Assembly (NCBI GenBank): GCA_964507055.1
Contig: CAZDOJ010000001.1
Location: 13,210 to 77,209 of the forward strand
Direction of reading: 5' to 3'
Length of the DNA stretch: 64,000 nucleotides
Source of the DNA: an uncultured Gammaproteobacteria bacterium
GTDB lineage: Bacteria; Patescibacteriota; Microgenomatia; Levybacterales; UBA12049
Both the position numbers and the translations under genes were made by a program. Positions 19,686 through 29,135 of the stretch are shown in pieces. Under the pieces are notes generated by a model, which saw nothing but the letters and a program-made list of their open reading frames with translations, made no database searches and was not told the DNA's origin. Each line of letters opens with the position of its first letter. Position 1 is the first letter of the stretch.

Positions 19686-21122
19686 ATGATGTCTCCCTTT
19701 GTTTTTGTTATTTTTGGTGCAACAGGCGACCTGGCACAACATAAATTATTACCAGCATTATTCTCTTTATATAAACATGGTCAATTAGGAGAGAAATTTT
19801 ACATCGTTGGTTTTGCACGTCGAGAATTTACTGATGAAGCATATGCACACATGCTTGGTGATGAATTGGAATTTCACAAAGACGAACAGTGGAAAGACTT
19901 TGCAAAGAATATTTATTACCAACAAGGATATTTCGATCAGCCAGAAGGTTATGAGCAATTAATTGAAAAGCTCAATGCGTTTGACACAGAAATTGGTGCC
20001 TGCATTACTCGTGTCTTCTATCTTGCAACGCCACCCGACAATTACGAAAACATCTTATATCATCTTGAATCTACAAAACTTTCAGAAGGTTGTGGTCAAG
20101 GATCTGAAAAATGGACTCGCTTGGCTATAGAGAAACCCTTTGGCAAAGATCTTGATACGGCACGTGCTTTGGATAAGAAGCTTTCAAATATTTTTGAAGA
20201 AAAACAAATTTATCGTGTTGATCATTATCTTGGTAAAGAAACAGTACAAAATATGTTGGCCTTTCGTTTCGCCAACAGTATCTTTGAGCCAGTTTGGAAT
20301 AAACAACATATAGATAATGTGCAAATAACATTTGCTGAAAAGAAAGGAATTGGAACGCGGGGGAAATTCTTTGATGGGGTAGGGATGCTTCGTGACGTTG
20401 CTCAAAATCATTTGCTGCAATTACTTGCGACAGTTGGGATGGAACAGCCAAAAAGTTTCACCAAAGAAAGTGTTCGTGATGAACGTGCAAAAGCTATCAA
20501 GGCAATCCGTCCACTATCAAAAGATGATGTAAAGCAAAATGTCGTTCGTGGACAGTATGAAGGATATAAAAAAGAGAAGGATGTCTCGCCAGCATCACGA
20601 ACAGAAACTTTTGCAGCAATGAAATTGTTCGTTGATACAGAGCGTTTTGCAGACGTTCCATTTTATCTTCGTGCAGGGAAAGAGATTGAACAAAACCTTG
20701 TCGAGATAAAAGTCGTTTTCAAACAAACATGTCATATCTTATTTAAAGAATATGGTTGTCCTGAAACCGGTAATGTCCTCACGATTCGGATCCAACCAGA
20801 TGAAGGAATTAATCTTCAGGTGATGGCAAAAAATCCTGGAACTGAGTTATCGTTGAGTACTGTTGATATGCATTTTTCTTATCATCAAACTTTTGGCCAT
20901 CATGGTGCAGATGCATACGAAAAGATTATGCTCGATATTTTGAAGGGAGACCAAATACTCTTTAATCGATCCGATGAGCTGGATTATTCGTGGTCACTTA
21001 TTTCTCAAATATTAAAAGGTTGGGAAAGTGATGATGATGAGATCTCTCAATACGAAAAAGGGAAATGGGGGCCTCAAGAAGTTTTTGATCTCATTGAAAA
21101 AGACGGGCGAAAATGGTTGTAA
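19686..21122 (+). CDS. zwf: Glucose-6-phosphate 1-dehydrogenase.
   Basis: 'VIFGATGDLAQHKLLPALF', 'RVDHYLGKE' and 'EKPFGKDL' are canonical G6PD motifs. Confidence 0.9.
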   Translation: MMSPFVFVIFGATGDLAQHKLLPALFSLYKHGQLGEKFYIVGFARREFTDEAYAHMLGDELEFHKDEQWKDFAKNIYYQQGYFDQPEGYEQLIEKLNAFDTEIGACITRVFYLATPPDNYENILYHLESTKLSEGCGQGSEKWTRLAIEKPFGKDLDTARALDKKLSNIFEEKQIYRVDHYLGKETVQNMLAFRFANSIFEPVWNKQHIDNVQITFAEKKGIGTRGKFFDGVGMLRDVAQNHLLQLLATVGMEQPKSFTKESVRDERAKAIKAIRPLSKDDVKQNVVRGQYEGYKKEKDVSPASRTETFAAMKLFVDTERFADVPFYLRAGKEIEQNLVEIKVVFKQTCHILFKEYGCPETGNVLTIRIQPDEGINLQVMAKNPGTELSLSTVDMHFSYHQTFGHHGADAYEKIMLDILKGDQILFNRSDELDYSWSLISQILKGWESDDDEISQYEKGKWGPQEVFDLIEKDGRKWL

Positions 21123-21167
21123 GCAATTGGTATTTATTCTCAAGTGTGGTATAACTAATAAGTAATT

Positions 21168-22151
21168 ATGCAAGTAGCGATTTTAGGATTAGGGAAAATG
21201 GGTCGTAATATTACGGAAAAACTCATGAAAGATGGACATCATGTTGTAGTCTGGAATCGTTCAAGAGCTGTTCTTGATGAGATGCGTCAGTCAGAAACAG
21301 ACTACGTAGTGAGTGGCCAATTGATGCTTGCACATACTCTCGAAGAACTTCGTGATATGCTGCAAAAACCCCGAATTATATGGAGTATGCTTCCTGCAGG
21401 TGAACCTACTGAAAGTGTTATGGCACAACTTCTTGAAAGTGTCGTGGAACAAGGTGATGTTGTCATTGATGGGGGAAATGCTTTCTACAAAGATACTGAA
21501 AGAAGAGCACAGCAGTTTCAGCAGAAATCAGTCAAGTATCTTGGCATTGGTGTTTCAGGTGGCGTTATCGGTTTGAATAATGGGTATCCACTTATGGTTG
21601 GCGGTGATCAAACAGGATATGAATATATAACTCCAGTACTCGACAGTCTCGCAAAACCAAATGGTGGACATACCTACTTTGGTCCAGGTGGTGCAGGACA
21701 TTTCGTGAAGATGGTTCACAATGGTATTGAGTACGGCATGATGCAAGCGATCGCTGAAGGATTTGGAGTTCTTGCCAAAAGTGAGTACAAGCCCGACTTG
21801 GTAAAAGTTGGAAATACTTGGCAAAAGGGAAGTATCGTTTCTAGTTTTCTTGTCTGGATGGCTGAAAATGCAATTAGTAAAGATCCAAATCTTAGCCAAT
21901 TCGATGGCTATATTGAAGCAACAGGCGAAGGGAAATGGACAAGCGAGATTGCTAAAGAAATGAAAGTCCCAACACCAGTTCTGGATGCGGCAATTGATTT
22001 TCGTAATCGTTCACAGTTTGACAAAGGCGTGCAAGAGACATATGTTGCAAAACTCGTTGCTGCACTTCGACATGAATTTGGTGGACATGATGTCCACAAA
22101 GATGATCCCCTCGCAGATGGATCAGGAACACCTCCTACACAAACTTCATAA
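21168..22151 (+). CDS. gnd: 6-phosphogluconate dehydrogenase (decarboxylating), short GndA-like form.
   Basis: The NAD(P) Rossmann motif is 'VAILGLGKMGRNI'. 'GGNAFYKDT' and 'GAGHFVKMVHNGIEYG' are 6PGDH signatures. Confidence 0.8.
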   Translation: MQVAILGLGKMGRNITEKLMKDGHHVVVWNRSRAVLDEMRQSETDYVVSGQLMLAHTLEELRDMLQKPRIIWSMLPAGEPTESVMAQLLESVVEQGDVVIDGGNAFYKDTERRAQQFQQKSVKYLGIGVSGGVIGLNNGYPLMVGGDQTGYEYITPVLDSLAKPNGGHTYFGPGGAGHFVKMVHNGIEYGMMQAIAEGFGVLAKSEYKPDLVKVGNTWQKGSIVSSFLVWMAENAISKDPNLSQFDGYIEATGEGKWTSEIAKEMKVPTPVLDAAIDFRNRSQFDKGVQETYVAKLVAALRHEFGGHDVHKDDPLADGSGTPPTQTS

Positions 22152-22391
22152 ATTAGCCTCAAAAATTGACTTACCCAGCTATTTTAGCTACAATAATGAC
22201 ATAAAGCGTCGGAGTTTGGCTTCCTACCAAACAAATTTCATTTTTTGAAACGCTGACTGTGGGTTTACAAGAACGAAGCAGTACGGAAAGCTTGACCGTA
22301 AAAATAAAGAAACTGTAATCGTTTTCAAAGAGAAAACAGAGCCAGTTAGTAAGATTTCTTTAGCAATAAGGAAATAAACCAAGGTGGTACC

Positions 22392-22437
22392 ACGAGATTA
22401 CCTCGTCCTTGAGCAGTAACAAGGAGGGGGTTTTTTT
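22392..22437 (+). terminator. Tandem hairpins plus a T7 run immediately upstream of the GTG-initiated ORF. This is a candidate intrinsic terminator or attenuator that overlaps a Shine-Dalgarno sequence.
   Basis: ACGAG-attac-CTCGT occupies 22392-22406 and CCTTG-agcagtaa-CAAGG occupies 22407-22424, followed by 'AGGGGG' and 'TTTTTTT' at 22431-22437. The motif 'AAGGAGG' sits inside the second stem-to-tail region. Confidence 0.3.
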
Positions 22438-22809
22438 GTGTCTGAAAAATATAGAGGAATAACAATTGAAATTAAATTAACTGGTCCAAATGCTGAAGCA
22501 TTCCTAGCAAAGAATGGAAAGTTCGGAAAAACATTTAGGGATGAAAACGGGCACTATCTTGTCGGAAAATTTTCTGGAAGAAAAAGAAGATCCGTTCTTG
22601 GAACCACTGATATAGTATTTGGTTTGGTTAAAGAAACAGAAAATCGTGAAGTTATTCTTATCGGTGGAATCTTGGGAAATAAAGGTAAGGGGAGGCGGGT
22701 TTCTGTCTCCAATGAAGAGGGAATTGGCACACAGCAATTGAGAAAAGGTATTGATTTAATAGTCCAAACCGATGCACCGGTTGCATTATTTGAAAATAAT
22801 ATACGCTAA
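22438..22809 (+). CDS. Hypothetical small protein (GTG start).
   Basis: It is a 123-aa ORF with a strong SD-like 'AAGGAGGGGG' 8-10 nt upstream, unlike most neighbours. No motif was recognised. Confidence 0.35.
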   Translation: MSEKYRGITIEIKLTGPNAEAFLAKNGKFGKTFRDENGHYLVGKFSGRKRRSVLGTTDIVFGLVKETENREVILIGGILGNKGKGRRVSVSNEEGIGTQQLRKGIDLIVQTDAPVALFENNIR

Positions 22810-22830
22810 TGATTATGCTATACTAACTAC

Positions 22831-24063
22831 ATGAAATATTCGAAATTATATATTAAAACCAGTAAAAATGTTCCTGCAGATGAGACAGCAAAAAATGCAC
22901 AGCTCCTTATTCAAGCTGGATTTGTCTACAAAATAATGGCAGGGGTTTATGCATATTCACCGCTTGGACTACGAGTTCTTGAGAATATCAAAAAGATTGT
23001 TCGCGAAGAGATGAATGCTGTTGATGGTCAAGAGTTGATCATGTCGAGTCTCCAAAATCCGGAGACATGGAAAATTACCACTCGATGGGAAGATGATGTC
23101 GTCGATGTTTGGTTCAAATCCAAACTCAAGGATGACAGCGAAATTGGTCTTGCTTGGTCTCATGAAGAAGCAATTATGGAGATGATGCAGCACTCTATAA
23201 CTAGTTATCGTGATTTGCCAACGAGCGTGTACCAATTTCAGACCAAACTACGAAACGAATTGCGAGCAAAGAGTGGCATCATGCGTGGGCGAGAATTTGT
23301 CATGAAAGATATGTATTCATTGCATGCTTCGGCTAAAGATTTGGATATCTATTATAACAATGTTATTGAGGCTTACAAAAAAGTCTATGATCGATTAGGT
23401 TTTGGTGATGATACCTATGTGACCTTTGCAAGTGGAGGTGCTTTTACTAAATTCAGTCATGAATTCCAAACCATTTGCGATGCTGGTGAAGACATCTTAT
23501 ATATTCATCGAGGCAAAAATATCGCGGTTAATGAAGAAGTGCTTGATGAGGCTGTCAAAGAATTAGGAATTGATAAAAAAGATCTTGAAAAAGTTAAGAG
23601 TGCTGAGGTCGGAAATATTTTCAACTTCGGAACAGAAAAAGCAGAGCAAATGGGAATTACTTTTACTGACAAAGAAGGAAAACAGCAACCAATTTATCTT
23701 GCATCATATGGCATTGGCATCACTCGGGTTATGGGAGTTATTGTCGAGAAGTTTGCTGATGAACGAGGTATCGTGTGGCCAGAGAATGTTGCCCCATATA
23801 AAGTCGATTTAATTTCTATCAAAGCAAACGAAAAAGCTGATGCATTATATAAAAAGCTACAAGATGCTGGAGTAGAAGTGCTTTACGATGATCGAGAAGA
23901 TATCGGTCCAGGAGCAAAGTTTGCCGATGCTGATTTGATTGGTATTCCAGTCCGATTGGTTGTCTCATCAAAAACTGAAGACAAAGTCGAATGGAAGAAG
24001 CGAACTGAAAAAGAGTCTGAATTAATAACTGTTGAAGAAGTCCTCAAACGTCTGAAGAAATAA
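22831..24063 (+). CDS. proS: Prolyl-tRNA synthetase, bacterial-like catalytic core plus anticodon-binding domain, lacking the INS editing domain.
   Basis: The N-terminus 'MKYSKLYIKTSKNVPADETAKNAQLLIQAGFV' matches bacterial ProRS. Class II motifs are present, including motif 2 around 'RNELRAKSGIMRGREFVMKDMYSLH'. The 410-aa length is about 160 aa shorter than editing-proficient ProRS. Confidence 0.85.
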   Translation: MKYSKLYIKTSKNVPADETAKNAQLLIQAGFVYKIMAGVYAYSPLGLRVLENIKKIVREEMNAVDGQELIMSSLQNPETWKITTRWEDDVVDVWFKSKLKDDSEIGLAWSHEEAIMEMMQHSITSYRDLPTSVYQFQTKLRNELRAKSGIMRGREFVMKDMYSLHASAKDLDIYYNNVIEAYKKVYDRLGFGDDTYVTFASGGAFTKFSHEFQTICDAGEDILYIHRGKNIAVNEEVLDEAVKELGIDKKDLEKVKSAEVGNIFNFGTEKAEQMGITFTDKEGKQQPIYLASYGIGITRVMGVIVEKFADERGIVWPENVAPYKVDLISIKANEKADALYKKLQDAGVEVLYDDREDIGPGAKFADADLIGIPVRLVVSSKTEDKVEWKKRTEKESELITVEEVLKRLKK

Positions 24064-24090
24064 CCCTTCGCCTCCGTTCAGGAAATACTC

Positions 24091-24912
24091 CTAAAATAGG
24101 AACGGCAAATTAAATACCTTAATCCAAAAGACTGTATAGATCGCAAAGAAAACGACAGCTCCCACAATATAAAGAACCCGCAGCAATGCTGAGGTCTCAT
24201 GTGGAGCGTTAGCCTGCGAAACTTCTGCTGGCGAAGGTAATGGCTGCGTAAAAACCTGTGCTTGGGGATCTCCGGGGGAAGGATTATAAGGAGTGACTGG
24301 AGCCATTGGGTCTGTATCTGGTGGATTTGCTTGGCTTGAATCAAGTGACGAAAATGCTTGTGGAGATGCTAAATCCGGTTGCGATTCTGTTGGTGCGGGA
24401 GCTGGATTATTGAAGAAAGCTGAAGGAGATCCTGAAGCAGATCCAAAGCTTGAAGATGAAGTAGGTTCAGATACCGGAGCAGGAGCATCTGACGCGAAAA
24501 GTGTTGCCGAAGGATCAGCTGGTTCAGGTGTTGTCGCAGGTGAAGCTGAGACTTGATCAAATGTATCCATAATTGGCGGAGCTGCTGGTTCAGGTGCAGG
24601 CATAGTATTTGAAAGTGTTGGATCTGTAATTGGACTCGCATTTGGTGATGTAGACAAAACGCTATTTGGATCAGAAGCGTTTACAAGTGGATCTGATGCA
24701 GGAGAAGAAAGATCTGTTGTAGGTGGCACGTCTCCAACTGCTGGATTCGGTGGCATCACAGAATCTGCAGGAGTTGGTGTATTTACTGGTGTATCACCAG
24801 GTGTTGTACCTGCAACATCATGTGCCGTTCCCATAATACGGTCATACGTCTCTCGTGCTTTTGGGTCGAGGTGGTTAAGGGCTTTTGGATCCATAAGGTC
24901 TCTTTTAATCAT
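24091..24912 (-). CDS. Pro/Ser/Ala-rich low-complexity protein with a C-terminal TM anchor.
   Basis: It has a compositionally biased P/S/A/T-rich body and a C-terminal hydrophobic helix 'LLRVLYIVGAVVFFAIYTVFWIKVF'. It sits at the boundary between the core region and the island. Confidence 0.45.
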   Translation of the reverse strand: MIKRDLMDPKALNHLDPKARETYDRIMGTAHDVAGTTPGDTPVNTPTPADSVMPPNPAVGDVPPTTDLSSPASDPLVNASDPNSVLSTSPNASPITDPTLSNTMPAPEPAAPPIMDTFDQVSASPATTPEPADPSATLFASDAPAPVSEPTSSSSFGSASGSPSAFFNNPAPAPTESQPDLASPQAFSSLDSSQANPPDTDPMAPVTPYNPSPGDPQAQVFTQPLPSPAEVSQANAPHETSALLRVLYIVGAVVFFAIYTVFWIKVFNLPFLF

Positions 24913-24953
24913 CCCATTTTTCGAACTTTGGTGTCAAGTGTTTCGCTCTATAT

Positions 24954-24982
24954 TTGACGCTTCACAAAACTTCTTCTATAAT
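24954..24982 (+). promoter_or_regulatory. Sigma-70-type promoter for the first island gene: -35 'TTGACG', a 17-nt spacer, then -10 'TATAAT'.
   Basis: TTGACG lies at 24954-24959 and TATAAT at 24977-24982. The ATG at 24992 lies 9 nt downstream, giving a near-leaderless transcript. Confidence 0.55.
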
Positions 24983-24991
24983 CGCAAGATT

Positions 24992-27016
24992 ATGGAAAAG
25001 GATAGATTGTTTTCAAACAGAGATAAGGCTTCTCGAGAAATGTACAAGCAAACACGTAAAGCGATAGGTGGACCTACGCGTATTGATAGTTTATTCGTTG
25101 CGACTACTTTGACTGGAGAGCCCGTCAATTATAGAGAAGATTTTACTCAACCATTGCTTGAAAGTGAGTATCGTAAGGCAGGATTAATCATGCATACGGT
25201 GGAGCATGCAAGAAGTAATCCTCTTACATTGGTCCCTGAGTTAGTGAAGACGAAAGCGTTTGCCATTGATGCAGTAATAATTAATGGTGAAATGCATAAA
25301 GATAATGGCACACATATGGTTGCTGTTGTTCCAACGGATACTGAAGAAGATGGTACAAAGCTTACTGAATATCATGTTATTGATTCTCTCACCGAGGGTG
25401 GTGTTACTTCATATAAGTCAGAAATAGAAGCCTATGAACATATCCAATCACTCTTTGTACCGGAATCTGTCCTCATATCTCTTCACCCGAGTGAAAAAGA
25501 AGTTGAACGAAGAACACATCATGGAGATGAAATTATTACGGAAATGCTTCAGGTTGGGGATAATGCCTTCATAGAGGTTCAGGTTGCAAATGATGATCCT
25601 AGATTTTTTGGAAAGAAAGAATCGGAAGTAACTACTGCTGAAACGCTCGAGCAAGACAAAAAAGCATTGCAAGAAGTGATGCATGCACTTATTGACGATT
25701 TCCATAGCGAAGATCCAAGTCGTAAGCAGTATCTGTATACAGAATTCGCAACCATAGCAGCTCGACACGATATGCGTTACCCTTTGCTCTCTGAAATAGC
25801 GATGGATCATCTCGAGCCAGGTGCTACTCCTAGTTCCGAAGATCTTCAAAATGTACATAAGACTATCGAAACACAGCCAACAGATAATAGTATCGTGGAT
25901 ACACAAATTCCAGCATCAGTACTTCGTTCTGCCAAGCGATTGGTCGCTCATTATGCACAAGAACAAGCAAGTGACCCCTCGTTACGCGTTGTAGATATTG
26001 ATGCTCAAGTATCCTTTATTGATGAACAGGTTGCTCTTTATAACAAATCGCTTTACGATTTAGGTGATCTTTCAGAATATAACCCACGAGAATTTACTGG
26101 AGATGAATTACTAAAAGGAACCAGAGCTGCGTATGAAGAGGCACGAAGAAAGGGCTTGGATGTAATGACACCTGATTCTGAGAATGTCCGAAGTGATGGT
26201 AAGGTCGCGGTAACCTATGGATTCACTACATTTGAAAAAACAGGGAAATGGCGTAAAAAGCAGCAAACCTCGTGGAGATCTGCAATGGTGTTGGTTCTGG
26301 ATACAGAACAAAGAAAGCCTATTATATATGGTGCTCAGGATGGATCTTCTCATGAAATTATGATTGATGGTGTAGGTACGTCTGTTGAAAATTTGACTGT
26401 TGATAGAGCGGTTGCAGTTCATACCAATAATTTAAATATAAAAGAGGTTGAGGTCGAGGGTGGTGCTTCTTTACATTTTGATAGTGGACATCTAGCATAT
26501 GCGACTGTTCGTCCAGAAGCGACAGTTACTTTTGAAAACTCAGTTGTGAATATGGTAAGTTCAGACAAGAATACTCGAACGTATGCACATTATAGTCAGA
26601 TCGGAAGAGTGCAGGTAATAAATGGACTTTTTGATGTAGGTGGTACAGATATTGGCCATTTATATGCGAGCGATGCTAGAGTAAGCGTGTATGGTGACAT
26701 AGTAAAGCTTACTGCTGATAATAAAAATACAGCATTTACACAACAACAAGGAGTGTGCGGAGAATATTATGGACTGAATCAAGCACACATAGTGCACTTT
26801 GCTTCATATCCAGAGAAAGTGACTGCATCTCCTAATACAAGATATTTCGTTGATGACGAAACTGTCCAAATAGATCGTGATGGAAATAGATGTGTATATT
26901 CTAAGGCTTATGATCAATTTCAATATGACAGGGAACACACCATTGATGCGATGCATACGCTAGTAGACTGGTCAGGGCAAAATGATGATGTTGAAGGTCC
27001 CCGAAGATCACTGTGA
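24992..27016 (+). CDS. Tag-bearing island protein 1. It is a hypothetical protein with a beta-helix-like repetitive C-terminal half.
   Basis: It ends 'VDWSGQNDDVEGPRRSL'. The start was moved to the ATG downstream of the promoter, because the ORF track's GTG start would include the promoter itself. Repetitive segments such as 'VEVEGGASLHFDSGHLAYATV' suggest a parallel beta-helix. Confidence 0.6.
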   Translation: MEKDRLFSNRDKASREMYKQTRKAIGGPTRIDSLFVATTLTGEPVNYREDFTQPLLESEYRKAGLIMHTVEHARSNPLTLVPELVKTKAFAIDAVIINGEMHKDNGTHMVAVVPTDTEEDGTKLTEYHVIDSLTEGGVTSYKSEIEAYEHIQSLFVPESVLISLHPSEKEVERRTHHGDEIITEMLQVGDNAFIEVQVANDDPRFFGKKESEVTTAETLEQDKKALQEVMHALIDDFHSEDPSRKQYLYTEFATIAARHDMRYPLLSEIAMDHLEPGATPSSEDLQNVHKTIETQPTDNSIVDTQIPASVLRSAKRLVAHYAQEQASDPSLRVVDIDAQVSFIDEQVALYNKSLYDLGDLSEYNPREFTGDELLKGTRAAYEEARRKGLDVMTPDSENVRSDGKVAVTYGFTTFEKTGKWRKKQQTSWRSAMVLVLDTEQRKPIIYGAQDGSSHEIMIDGVGTSVENLTVDRAVAVHTNNLNIKEVEVEGGASLHFDSGHLAYATVRPEATVTFENSVVNMVSSDKNTRTYAHYSQIGRVQVINGLFDVGGTDIGHLYASDARVSVYGDIVKLTADNKNTAFTQQQGVCGEYYGLNQAHIVHFASYPEKVTASPNTRYFVDDETVQIDRDGNRCVYSKAYDQFQYDREHTIDAMHTLVDWSGQNDDVEGPRRSL

Positions 27017-27052
27017 TCTTTTATTCTTGATAAGTGCTATAATACTACTTTT

Positions 27053-28978
27053 ATGACAGAGCAAAAACGAAATATTGGTCCAGCTGCCGCATTATTAAAG
27101 ACCAATCCTGAACTAATAGCACAATCACCAGAGATTGCAAGACAGCTTATAGCGGATAAAGGATTTGCAGGTGAGGCTATAGCACGTCTTGGAGGAAGGA
27201 GGATGCGTCTTCTTCTTGAAGGTAGTGCAGCCGTTCATAGAAGGGCAATGATGCCTATCTCAGGACTGAGTCGTGTCGATACAGTTGTTCCTCAATATAC
27301 CGGAACGCACGAGGAAAACACGCGTATTGATGAGGGTATAAAGACGGGACGGAAAGCCGTCATTAATGGCGGAAAAGATAGAGAGAAAGCTGAGGTTGGA
27401 GCGATTGATACGTTGCGTCTTCCTGAGTTTAAAGTCCCCGCACAAATAGCAGATACTCCCATTATTATTATTGGTGGCGGTGCAGCAGGTATTATCAGTG
27501 GGCGAAGTCTTCATGAAATGGGATTCACAAATGTGAAAATCTTTGAAAAAGGTAAACCAAACGGTATTTGGAATGCAGATAATGCTGACATTACTGATGG
27601 GTCACGAAATAATCCCTCAAAGATTGTATTTCATCATCGTCACCGAACGAGCTCCTCTATCCCTCCCGTTCCAGGTTCAGGGAGAGAAATTACGAGTTTT
27701 CTTGATGACATGACCAAGGGGCCTTTATTGTCCCAAGAATTGAATATACGCACTGCAGAAGTAACACATATCCAACCTGGAGATCTGCATCATATTGTTC
27801 ATTATCAAACGCCAGAAGGTGAAGCTCGTGCTGCAAGTGCTCCAATTGTGATTAATGCTACTGGAGTGGGAGAGCCTCTCCCTGCAAACCTACCCGGGAC
27901 AATGGAAACTTCAACAAAAGATGCTGGAGTTCGTTGGCAAGAAAAGATTACCCCTCAAATGGCTGAAGAGTATCGAAATAAGTCTATGGTATTAATTGGT
28001 TTGGGAAATAGCACTGCCGAAATGCTCATGCAAATTCAAGCTTATAACGCCCAAGGTTATAATATTGGCTACAAAATACTTACGCATTATCCGCAGGAAG
28101 CTGTGGTCGATCCTACTTCAACCTATAATTTGGAAGGTAGGCACTTTAAAGTTTTTCGTGACTCAAGAAATCTTGGTAGATACGACGGAGATTTGCAGGA
28201 GCCGAGAGACGCATACGTGCAAGCAGTTCAAGGAGGTAAGGTTATGGCTGATGTAACTCGATGGGATAGAATCGGTGATAACGTAATGGTCGAGATGCGG
28301 GACGGATCTTCACAAATAATTCCATGTGATCGCCTCTACACATTGATAGGTTATGGTCAGCCAGTCGAAGTTCTTGAAAAAATGGGTATGACTGTTACAG
28401 ATGCGGATAAAAGGACTGTCGCTGTGGATTATGATGGAGAAGTGCAAAGAGTGCCTGGAGTAGCAGGCCGTGATCGAGTATTTCCTGGTTATTTTGCAAG
28501 TGGATCCGTATTAAAATCATCAACAATGCCAAATGCATCGGTTATTCCTGGAATTTTTTTCCGTACGCCTGACTTACTCCTCGCTGTTACCACCAGAGCA
28601 ATGGAATATCAGATTGCTATTGAAAAATATAAAAAAACAGAGATAGCGGCGAAATTATATGGTCAACAGCCTAAGCCTGAAAATCGAGCAGGTGCACATC
28701 GAGCAACTGATTCAGAAACTATGTTGGACGGCGTTGTTGCTCAATGGATTACTAGTGAACAGTCTATTCAGGAATCTTTACACGATTCTGAGCCTGAACC
28801 AGTGGTCCCAGAAGAAGAGATTTCAGAGCAATCGAAAGAAGAGATCGTTTTTACGAGTGGCATACAAATTAGTGATGGGAAACTCGTATTTGGGCCTCTT
28901 CCAGGATTGGATGATAGAGTAAGTTGGGATATTGAAGCCGGTCCCGAAGATCAAGATCCGCCAAAAAAAACTCTCTAG
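27053..28978 (+). CDS. Tag-bearing island protein 2. It is an FAD/NAD(P)-binding oxidoreductase with two Rossmann folds (flavin monooxygenase or pyridine-nucleotide-disulfide-oxidoreductase-like).
   Basis: The first dinucleotide motif is 'IIIIGGGAAGIISGRS' and the second is 'MVLIGLGNSTAEM'. The divergent tag is '...SWDIEAGPEDQDPPKKTL'. A 'TGCTATAAT' box lies 9 nt before the ATG. Confidence 0.6.
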   Translation: MTEQKRNIGPAAALLKTNPELIAQSPEIARQLIADKGFAGEAIARLGGRRMRLLLEGSAAVHRRAMMPISGLSRVDTVVPQYTGTHEENTRIDEGIKTGRKAVINGGKDREKAEVGAIDTLRLPEFKVPAQIADTPIIIIGGGAAGIISGRSLHEMGFTNVKIFEKGKPNGIWNADNADITDGSRNNPSKIVFHHRHRTSSSIPPVPGSGREITSFLDDMTKGPLLSQELNIRTAEVTHIQPGDLHHIVHYQTPEGEARAASAPIVINATGVGEPLPANLPGTMETSTKDAGVRWQEKITPQMAEEYRNKSMVLIGLGNSTAEMLMQIQAYNAQGYNIGYKILTHYPQEAVVDPTSTYNLEGRHFKVFRDSRNLGRYDGDLQEPRDAYVQAVQGGKVMADVTRWDRIGDNVMVEMRDGSSQIIPCDRLYTLIGYGQPVEVLEKMGMTVTDADKRTVAVDYDGEVQRVPGVAGRDRVFPGYFASGSVLKSSTMPNASVIPGIFFRTPDLLLAVTTRAMEYQIAIEKYKKTEIAAKLYGQQPKPENRAGAHRATDSETMLDGVVAQWITSEQSIQESLHDSEPEPVVPEEEISEQSKEEIVFTSGIQISDGKLVFGPLPGLDDRVSWDIEAGPEDQDPPKKTL

Positions 28979-29135
28979 AATGTCAGGTAGTATCTCTCTT
29001 TTTCATGTTATAATTCCGCCATGCCAAATATCGTGGGAAGAGATTGGAGGGGCATATGAGATGAGGGACCGAGTGGTAATCATAGGACTTTGTAGAACTT
29101 GCAAAAACCATAAAAATATCCTATAATATTAAGCT

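Noticed and set aside
22152-22437. A tRNA, tmRNA or SRP RNA gene in the long intergenic region after gnd.
   Set aside because: There is no T-loop (GTTCRANYC) or acceptor-stem symmetry, and no SRP domain-IV or tmRNA tag-reading frame signatures. Only terminator or attenuator-like hairpins were seen.
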